A DNA stretch of 64,000 bases from Octopus vulgaris (taxonomy: Eukaryota), in NCBI GenBank assembly GCA_951406725.2, contig OX597814.1, forward strand, positions 88,350,001 to 88,414,000. Direction: 5' to 3'. Within the stretch, counting starts at the first letter, position 1; every line of letters begins with the position of its first letter. The translations under genes were made by a program, and so were the position numbers. The notes under the pieces are model-generated. The model saw only the letters and a program-made list of their open reading frames with translations, did no database searches and was not told where the DNA came from. This document shows positions 54,150-64,000 of the stretch, piece after piece.

Positions 54150-54281
54150 GATATTGCATCCAACAGTAGAAACCATGGCAAAACAGACAGTGGAACCTGG
54201 TGCAGCCCCAGCCTTCCCAGCTCCTGTCAAGCCATCCAACCCATGCCAGCATAGAAAATGGACATATGATGATGATGATGA
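54150..54281 (+). mobile_element. RTE-type 3' tail fragment
   Basis: gcatccaacagtagaaacc...ccatccaacccatgccagcatagaaaatggacatatgatgatgatgatg. Confidence 0.65.
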
Positions 54282-54969
54282 TATGTATGTGTACAATAGG
54301 CTCTGTGAGTGTGTTACTGTCTCCTTGCTTTAATTTCACACGACAATTGTAAATGAATGTTACCACCATGCGCTTCATTACAAATTTTCTGTTAAAGCAT
54401 GTCTGGTCATGGAGAAGTATTACATAACTTGGTAACAGGTGAAGGTTGGTGACAGGATGGGCACCAGCTATAAGAAATCTGCCTCAACAAATTCCACCCA
54501 ACCCATGCAATCATGGGAAAGTAAGCATTAAATAATAATGATGATGATGATGAATGAAATTAGGACAAATAAGGATCAGCCACATTACAAGTCTAAATAC
54601 AGCAAAACATTAAAAGCAGCATAAAATAATGAGTTCAAATGTTCTAAAGCTGGATTCTGAAGATAGCTTGAGGGTAAGAAAACTATTAAATACTCAGAAA
54701 AGTAAAGTAGAATAATCACAAGGGAAATGTAGGTAAAATAAGCAAATGCAGATATGCTGCTGTTGAAGCTGACTGTGTCAAGGTTAAACATGAAAGAAAA
54801 GATTTAAGTTCTAGAGTACAGTCAGAGTAGCAAGATAAAAGTGTTTATAGTAGTTATGAGATAATGGTTGCTGGCACCAATTCTATTTAGAGAGAATACA
54901 AGATTTAAAATACCAGGATGAAAGGAAATATCAACACAAAAAGAAACAGATACAAAAAGTGAAAAATAT

Positions 54970-55021
<52 letters not shown>

Positions 55022-58000
55022 CACAAGATGTAAATTAACAAGCAGACATTCATTGAGAAGATCTGTGAAAAATGTCTAAAATTTGACACACACACGCACA
55101 CACACACATCTACAAATAGGTATCTGGGTAAGCATGCAATCATGTTGCAGGTAGCATTTAGCAGCTTAAAGGAAAGAAGAGCAACAGCTTATACCAACAA
55201 ATATGGACATGTGAGCTTCAACTGCTAAACTGAAACAGTACACAACACACATATATAAAGATAGGAGGGAAAAAGGCACATTTTTCTAAGGTCATCACCT
55301 TCATCGTGTACAATTAGATATTATGATTTCTTTGGCCCATCTACAAGATTTTTTGCGTAGTTTATCAACGCCACTGTCTAACTGGTACATATTTCATTAA
55401 AAGCAAAAGCAATATGCTGCTGGAATACAGTGAATAGAAAGCTATTGAAGTCATTGTGATGAATAAGGTTAAAGTTCTTGTTCCAGTTTATTTTTCTTAA
55501 ATTTAGCAATTTCTGTTTTGCTATACAATATGAATGTTATTCAGTTATATTTACAATAACAAAAGAACCTTATAAGATCTAGATATATTCTCAATTCTTA
55601 TACATATACTATTATAAATATGGTCTTAGCAAATACCTTTTCCTCACTATTATCATTATTCAACTATTGAAATACAAACAGTACATGGTTTAGTAGGAAA
55701 CAATAACTACAACTGTCTAATGTAGCACATTTGCTCAAGGTACACAGCAACCACATGATTGCAAATCAAAGCTCTTAATAGCCATATGTACTCTGAGTTG
55801 AAATCCTGGTGAGAGGTGAACCTTGCCTTTCATCCCTTCAGGGTTAATTGGGGTCAATTGTTCTCTCACTCTTTATCATTCTATCTCTCTCTCTCTCTTG
55901 TCACAACCATATGGCCTGAAAATTACCTTAAAGAGTGTACAAGTCTGTGGAATATTTCAGCTGTTTATACATTAATTTCATGAGTAGGAATTCAGTTAAT
56001 CAAATAAATGCAGGTTTATCACTAAAACCAATGGAGAATTCACTAGCACATATAAGTTTCCAGTACTGGGTTTAAAATCTTTCCATAGGTTACTAATAAT
56101 AATGAGAAAACAGACATCACCAGTGGAATTATTACTCTGTCAAATGTAATGCTTATATTATTCATGTTGTTTTGAATTTATCATGCATTATCTAGTAGAG
56201 TTTCATTTTTCTTTAGAATGACATTGTGGGGTAGGTGTGAGAGGCTAGATCTTGCCAGTTTAAATGGTAAAGGGTTAAGCTTGACACATCTACAGTCACT
56301 CTGTGGGACAAATCTTCCATTCCACAAGTACAACAAAACTTCACAAAAAGTAATTCAGTAATTATTCTTAATTAGTATAAATGGTGTAAATGGTCTAATA
56401 TTCTCAACTTATTTGACTCTCCCACACAGCATCAACCCTGAAGTATGTTAATATGTAAATGTATAATGTATCTGAAAGAACAGTACCCTCTCTAATTAGT
56501 TCAATAACAGATCAATAGAGCAATCGTTGGTAATCATGGGAAGACTGATATAAGCAAAGTTATTGCTCTAAACAACAGCAAAATATTCTCTAAAGTCTGG
56601 CATAAAAAATCTCGAAATAATTAGCAACAACATCTAAACTCAAGGGCCAACCAGAGATCCTCCATACCAGGGGTTCTCAACCAGGGTCCATATAAGATTT
56701 TCTTGTTAAAATTTATCAGCAATAAATTGGTTATACTTCTACAATACACAAAATATTTAAATTTTTTAATACAATTCCTAATAATATTTGATTCTAAAAA
56801 TACAGTGGGATGTTTTTTAGGAACATTGAATGGTTATGGAGGTCCAGTAGAGTAAAATAGGAACCAAATCACTGCAAATTGGACTTAAAACAGGAGCTAG
56901 ATTAACCAAAAGACTACTACCCCAGTGTGATTCTGTTGGATGTTGTAGCTGAGAAGTATTGACCTAAGCAGATGTAGTTGTCAATCTTGATGTAGTTGGA
57001 TGATCATGTACTCAAACTTGTTCTCCATTTCCTTATTGAGTGTTTTTTGCTACACCTGGTTTTGCTACATTACTTAACAAAGTCCTAGGCACAATGTGCC
57101 AGAATGAAAGCTTGGATGGTCATGATTAGAACGCTTTTTCTATCACAGATCTGCTAAGTGAGAGCTGAGCTTGGTTTAAATGACTTCCAAACTCTTCTAA
57201 AAGTGAAGAGGAGAAAAAAGACCATTTACTGCACATAAATGCTGTCTCAAAATTACCACCTCTGGAGCTCATTCTCAAAATAGCAAACACAATTGAAAGC
57301 ATAAGCTTCCTGCTTTAAATTTTGAGTAATTAATGATCTATGGTCAAGTTATTAAAAAAATAGCTTGTACATGGTTGCAGTTCCTGATGAAGCAGTTAAA
57401 AATCAGGTTATTTTACACGTAATAAATATCATAAAAACAGTTATATGATGAATGTGTAAGCTAGGAAAATTACTATAAAAATATTTTTTAAAAAATTGCT
57501 ATTATGGGTAGAAACAGAAATCTAATTAATAGAAAAAAAATTAATTTACATTTAACCCTAATTGCATTTGGCAGACAGACAACTGGTGAGAAGGGATGAT
57601 TTTTCTATACATTCAACCACACATGGACTTTAAACTATAGACCAAAATATGCCTAGAACAGCATATCTGTAAGTTAATACTAGTTAGAGTGTCAGGACTG
57701 TAGTATCATGTTCTTATTGGAGTAGCTGGTGTTAATTAATATTGACATGTCATACTGCTATCACTTATCAAGTTAATGATACCAATTTCTGGTTTCAAAT
57801 TTACAATACAGTTTTAGCTCAATCAGCTTTAAAATGTTTTAAGATTTTCTTTTTACAATGTTTGATAATTTTCTGCTCACAATATAGCAAATATTCCACA
57901 AGTGTTTTCCTTGTTTTTTTTATTATCATTAATTTTATCTCTGATAAAGGAATGACAAAGGTAATTCATCTACTGTAATAAAATTAATGCATCATTGTAG

Positions 58001-58598
58001 GGAGTCAACAACCTCTTTAATTTGACAGCATGATAAAATACACATGGCTCATTCTGTTACATATGTTGGTGCCATGAAGGGCATCTAACTGTAAAAAGAA
58101 AAAAGCTTTGCCAAAGATGATAGAGATGATGGTGATAATGATGATAAAATGACGAGGACATTGACATCATTGTGACAAGGATAACAGTAATGGTAGAGAT
58201 AATGATGAAAGTGGATCTGTCATTGAATAGCCTCAAGCAGATCTACTGCAGCATAGTGGTGATGACCAACCTAACATTTAAGAACGGCCTATCATTGCAG
58301 ATAAAATAATGCATCAGTTAGATTGCATAATTTTTTTTAACCTATGGAGATTCTACAGATATTCTGACATATCTGAACAGTTTAAACTTTCTAAACGTTC
58401 TCTCACCAACCCATCTGCAAATCTAGAAAACGTAAATGTTATTTTACAGATGATTGCTGTAATGAACTGAAATCCATCAATCAAGACAAAATCTTCAATG
58501 ATGCCTGAATGGCATATAAGTTATGCAATTTATTATTTTATCTCATGAAAGATGTCAAAAAGAAGCAGAATTTACTACACAGTACAGAAATCCATTAA

Positions 58599-58819
58599 CC
58601 CTTTAGTATTCACATTATTCCGTCAAAAGTAATGCTTATTTATTCACACCGTTTTGAATTATTCATGCTTAATTTTGTAGCTTTGAGATTATGATGAGGT
58701 AACTGTTAATTTTTAGAATGATATTGAAGAGTTGGTGTAAGAGGCCAGATCTGGTCAGTTTCAACATAAAACAAGGTAGAATATTTTGGCTGGATATGGC
58801 CTGTTTAAATGCTAAAGGG
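58599..58819. mobile_element. piggyBac-like (TTAA) MITE
   Basis: TTAA|ccctttagtatt ... aatgctaaaggg|ctaa. Related copies at 19537-19689 and about 56130-56274 (ends aaaggg|TTAA). Confidence 0.7.
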
Positions 58820-60700
58820 CTAATAGATGAAACTCAGAAGAATTACTCCTTGCTTAGTGACGGTATTTTGGCAAACAATAACAACAAAAAATTGTACTTA
58901 CCCTTCCCTGAGAACATGGTATTCAAAATATTCAACAGCTGCCTTAATACCAATAAATATGTGTTTCATCAGCTAATAAAATACAGCAAAAAAAAAAAAT
59001 GCTCATTTTAGAAAAGGATTAGCAAGACTGGGAATAAAACTTCCCTACCAATCTCAATCTGTAATTGTCTCTAGTTCCATAACAGTTGAATGTGAAACTT
59101 CTATCAAAACATTTTATGTAAAAGAAATAAATTGCATTTCAAACAGTAGATTTATGTAATGACTTAGAAGTAGAAAACAAGCATCCATTATTTTTAGGAA
59201 GAGCCACTGTAACTGAAGGGAGGGAGGGGAGAGAGAGAAATGGAGGAAAAGATTTGTGGGTTGTTTGGTTAATATCAGCACTTAACGATTTTTATCCCCC
59301 AGACATAAAGTATCCTGATAACATTGTCCTTATTTTAAAGATGATATAGTGTAATTCGGGGCAGATAAGGGAGCTACTTCTAGCAGGTTGAGCGACCACA
59401 ATAAAAAAGGAACACATAAGGAGATATCTTCAGACAGGAATCCTGGTCCGAAAGGTGGTGTTGTTAAACTGGGTGACATATTAAATGTAATGATCAAGAA
59501 TAAGAGTGGGCCATCTGCTGAGTTTTATGCTTAGTTTTTGTTTATTCAGTTTTACTCAAAAGGATATAGTAGAGGACACTTGCCCAGAATTGTGTGATTG
59601 CAAAACCAACTTCTTAATAACATAGCTATGCCTGCCAAAAAAACTTTTCATATTTGATCCTCCTATCTATCACATTTCAGGTGACTATTATACTAATTAT
59701 ACAATACAGAACTTGATTATTTTGAAAATTCATCTAAATATATGAGTAGGAAATAAATAAATGATTAGGAAAAGTGATATAAGAATTATATTAAATGGAG
59801 ATGTTTGTAGCAGCAATATTTGGCAATTTCAAAACTTAGAAATTGAACCTGGATCACTATATCTGACATAAAAAAGGAACTAAAGAACAAGATTGCGATT
59901 AACTAAAATGCTTCCAATGTCATCAGACCATTTGAGACTTCTTGTGGAACCGGATATAATAGCAATTTCATCTTTGGTGCCGTCTCTGACCAAGGGCATC
60001 ACTATGTATTCAGTATATCTTTAGCCATTACAGAGTGGAGAGCAGTTAGCAAACAGTAGCAGTGAACCAGCAGCAGACCAAAGCGGTATCACAATATAAA
60101 AGCAATGGACTGCGGCAGCTGTAACACACCGTAACCAACTAACTTCAAAAAACTCTCAATGGTGACTAATACCATACCCAACAACATCTCATATAAACAT
60201 CATTTCTGTGTCATGCATAGTAACAAAAACACTTTTGCTCACAATAAAAATATTTTCACATTTAAAATCACAACTAGATTTTTGTGTTCTCTATACTAAC
60301 ATGTTATTTGTTTTCCAGCAGCTTTTTAGGTCAATTTCTGAGCTTTATTTACTCCATCTTTATGCAGTACTCTACTGCAGAACAGAAACTCAAGCTCAGT
60401 TTCAGTTACCAGTTTTAACCCGTGCACATAATTAATTCTATAACTCCAGTTATATGGCAGCAACAAGTTTTGGTTTACTTAATTTAATACATTCTTCTTT
60501 CTACAAAACAATGATAACTAATCTGAGATAAATCTTATAATTAATTCAATGTATGTGTGTGCATGTATGTATGTATCAGGAATGTAATATGAACTTCGCA
60601 TTGTTAATTTGTTTTTATTATTTTTCCACCTGCATGCCTAATTAAATATGCTTTTATTAAAGATGCAAGATTTTCAGCTTCAATAAAGGTGTGTATATAT

Positions 60701-61230
60701 ATCATCGTCATCGTCTGCTTTCCATGCTGGCATGGGTTGGACAGTTTGACTGAGGGCTGGCAAGCCAGAAGGCTGTACCAGATTTCAATCTGACTTGTTT
60801 CTACAGCTGCATGCTCTCCCTAATGCCAACCACTCCGAGAGTGTAGTGGGTACTTTTGATGTGCTACCGGCACGAGGGCCAGTCAGCTGGCACTGGCATC
60901 GACCATGCTCGAATGGTGCTTTCTGTGCCACCAGTACGGGTGCCAATTAGGCAGTACTGTCATTGGCCACAATTATGACATCACTTGCCTCAATATGTCT
61001 TTGCAAGCGCAGTTTATTGCCCAATGATTGAAAGGTACTCTTAAATGGGATGGATATTCTGCACTGGCATAGGCCATGGTTACGGTCTCACTTGGCTTGC
61101 TGGATTTTCTCAAGCACAGCATATCTCCAAAGGTCTCGGTCACTTGTCATTGCCTTGGTGAGGCCCAATGTTTAAAGGTCATGCTTAACCACCTTATCGC
61201 AGGTCTTCCTGGGTTTACCTCTTCCACACA
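60701..61230 (-). mobile_element. RTE LINE 3' fragment (same family as 39976-41674)
   Basis: Colinear with 39976-40730 (e.g. ctcaagcacagcatatctccaaaggtctcggtcact) but with only two minisatellite units. Confidence 0.85.
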
Positions 61231-62230
61231 CTGTCTTGCAAAATGAAACACTTCAAGTCTTTGGTCCTCATGATGCAGAACATTGGCAAATTTTTTCTTA
61301 TCTGCTTCCCCTCTAGCTATGTAAATGTGAGAAGGAGAATTATTCATAGGTATTATAGCCCCAGTCAGCTTGGCTGAAATACATAGCACAGACATAACCA
61401 ACTGACTAAGAGCAAGTTATTAAAATATTTGCATTTTGAAATATTATTACACTTTTTTCTTCTATTATTTCTTTTAGCACGAACAATTAGTGATTTTTTA
61501 GTAAATCTTAATGTTTTCTACTGTTTACCTTATTCTAGCTGTCATAGTATCTAAGCTTATCAAAATAGAAGCTTGAAATAATATTTATAAAGCAACATTT
61601 GATTACAGAGTGAGAGAGATACATACATACACAGACATAATCTATATATCAAACAGAGCATGGACAATTTTTGTGTCTTTCATGAAATATTATAGTTGCT
61701 TTTCCCCAGACACATAAAGACAAACAAAAAATATCAGTAGTTTTTTTCAGAAATATGCCCACTGACAAAATTATACAATGACTTGCTACATTTCTATTGT
61801 TTTACTTTTTATTTTGGTATAAACAGATAGATTTTATATTCGTGTTGCATTTTTCTAAGTATTTAACTGAAACAAATTAATTTTTGTAATTCTCTAGGGA
61901 AAATGATGCTGACCATATAAACTTTTGTAGGCAGTGATAAAAAAAATATCATTAAAAGGCAAACAAAAAAAACAAAGAGCAGTTTAATAATTTTGAATAT
62001 TCATTTAATAAAACAAAATAGACATTGGCCACTCAGCTCACTTGTTATATTTTGGAAACAACTAATATTTTATGCCAGCAACTCTCAGCAATACTTTGTA
62101 CTGAATGGCATTTTACAAGTGCCCACTCCTTATCTCCATAGGTTTTGAAAGGAAAAAAAAATAATCCAGCAGATTATTTTAACTGAGTGGATATTGTTGA
62201 TGGAAACTGAAAGAATCTCCTTGTATATAC

Positions 62231-62602
62231 GACACGTTAAAAGCACCATCCGAACGTGGTAGATGCCAGCGCCGCCTGACTGGCGTCCGTATCAGTGACA
62301 CGTAAAAGCACCAACCGATCATGGCAGATGCCAGCGCCGCCTGACTGGCATCCGTGTCAGTGACACGTAAAAGCACCAACCGATCGTGGCCGTTTGCCAG
62401 CCTCCTCTGGGCCCTGTGCTGGTGGCACGTAAAAGGCACCCACTACACTCACGGAGTGGTTGGCGTTAGGAAGGGCATCCAGCTGTAGAAACACTGCCAG
62501 ATCAGACTAGAGCCTGGTGCAACCTCCTGGCTTCCCAGACCCCAGTCAAACCGTCAAACCCATGCTGGCATGGAAAACGGATGTTAAACGATGATGATGA
62601 TG
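62231..62602 (+). mobile_element. Young RTE 3'-end fragment with ~65-bp tandem units and (GAT)n tail
   Basis: Units begin at about 62231, 62297, 62362 and 62424 (gacacgtaaaagcacc), followed by gagtggttggcgttaggaagggcatccagctgtagaaac...gttaaacgatgatgatgatg. Confidence 0.85.
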
Positions 62603-62810
62603 TATGTGTGTGTGTGGTGCCTACTGGCAGGTTTGTTCAAACTTTTAGAAAAATCAGTCAACTAAATGTAGAGATATTGCTGTCAACAGGTAACAGACTG
62701 GTTTGCACCTCTGAGGACATGTGAAATAAGCCATCTTATTACTTGATAAACAGGCAAGGGTTAGCAACAGGAAGGGCAGCCAGCAGTAAAATAATCCCTG
62801 AACAATATAT

Positions 62811-62992
62811 CTGTGTCGGTGGCACATAAAATCACCTACTACACTCTCGGAGTGGTTGGCGTTAGGAAGGGCATCCAGCTGTAGAAACACTGCCAGATCT
62901 GACTGGCCTGGTGCAGCCTTCGGGCTTGCCAGACCCCAGTTGAACCGTCCAACCCATGCTAGCATGGAAAGCGGACGTTAAACGATGATGAT
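62811..62992 (+). mobile_element. Short RTE 3'-end fragment
   Basis: Near-identical to 62415-62600; ends gcggacgttaaacgatgatgat. Confidence 0.85.
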
Positions 62993-63436
62993 ATCTAATC
63001 CATGTTAGCATGCAAAAATAAATGTAAAATCAAATGGAGAAGGTAATTTTGTGCAAAGGGTCATTATCCATATTTTCTTCTACTTTCTCATCCAGTGTGT
63101 GGCACTTTTTATATATGCCAATATCTAAAACTACACAGGATAGTATATGAGTATACTAGTGCCACCTATGTTAAATTTTTATGGAAATTACCAAAGAACG
63201 TGAAGAGTTATATACAGTACCTTGTCACATTAGCAGTCATGTTCCGTTTAATGATAACGTAGTATCTTATTTAGATTCTAATACCAACAAAAACATTTTT
63301 GAACATATCATACCTAGTTTAAATATTTCTGAGAAAAACCCTAACCCTTCTAAACACTTAGTGTCCTTTGTGAGCTCACAATTCCCTTCAAGAGACACCT
63401 AAGTTATGAACCACTGGTTTACACTAATTAATAATA

Positions 63437-63875
63437 TTGGTTTATTTTGGCACAAGGCCAGCAAATTTAGGTAAAGGAATAAGTCAAGTAAATTAACCCC
63501 AGTATTCAACTGGTACTTATTTTATCAACCCTGAAAAGATGAAAGGCAAAGTCGACCTCAGTGGAATTTGAACTCAGAACATAAAGACAAACAAAATGTT
63601 GCAAAGCATTTTGCCCAGCATGCTAACAATTCTGCCAGCTTGCCATTTTACCACTAAGTAATATTAGTTTCAAATTTTGATACAAGGCCAGAAGTTTTGC
63701 AGGAGGGGCTAAGTCAATTAAAATGACCCCAGCACTCAACTAGTACTTATTTTACTGATCCAAAAAGGATAAAACACAAAATCGACCTTGGTGGTTTTTG
63801 AACACAGTATGGAAAGATGGATGAAATGTTGCTAAGCATTTCATCTGGGATGCTAATGATTCTACCAGCTCGCCT
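63437..63875 (-). mobile_element. Two tandem SINE type B copies
   Basis: Two successive ttttggcacaaggccag...gtacttatttt...gcattt...ccagctcgcc modules. Confidence 0.8.
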
Positions 63876-64000
63876 TCTTAACATTGAATAATAATATTGA
63901 TGCCACTTTGAAAATCTTGTAGTTTTTTCTTTGTTGCAAGTCAGTTAATTCATCAAGTATGATGAGCAGTAAATAAGAGATTCATTAACAAAAAATTAAA

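Noticed and set aside
59880-60140. Unique, higher-complexity stretch with short minus-strand ORFs (e.g. MPLVRDGTKDEIAIISGS...)
   Set aside because: Under 40 codons, with no convincing splice signals or recognisable homology.
62231-62440. CRISPR-like repeat/spacer appearance
   Set aside because: Eukaryotic context, no cas genes, the 'spacers' are similar to one another, and the array sits in an RTE 3' UTR. It is a minisatellite.

Overview
AT-rich, repeat-dense animal genomic DNA. The repeat set (tRNA/CORE-type SINEs, RTE LINEs with (GAT)n tails, long (TA)n tracts) suggests a cephalopod, probably Octopus; this is an inference. One intron-containing protein-coding gene is supported on the minus strand. 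It has phase-compatible coding exons at 18499-18894 and 4162-4378, candidate leader exons ending at 26090 and 22830, and an internal alternative first exon ending at 2568. It continues beyond the left edge and I cannot identify it. The rest is mostly transposon-derived: a near-full-length decayed DD34D mariner, a second mariner fragment, several decayed RTE LINEs, three SINE types, pogo-like and piggyBac-like MITEs, and microsatellites. The most notable observations are (i) a fully base-paired type I hammerhead ribozyme motif at 36834-36930 (-), (ii) a C4HC3 PHD-type finger inserted inside the RT domain of two distinct RTE copies, (iii) a variable-copy ~65-bp hairpin minisatellite in the RTE 3' UTR, (iv) a uORF-loaded leader for the gene, and (v) an apparent CpG-decay mosaic across the window. 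Most other ORFs in the supplied track are spurious or repeat-derived. Repeat boundaries are approximate unless a TSD or TIR is quoted.
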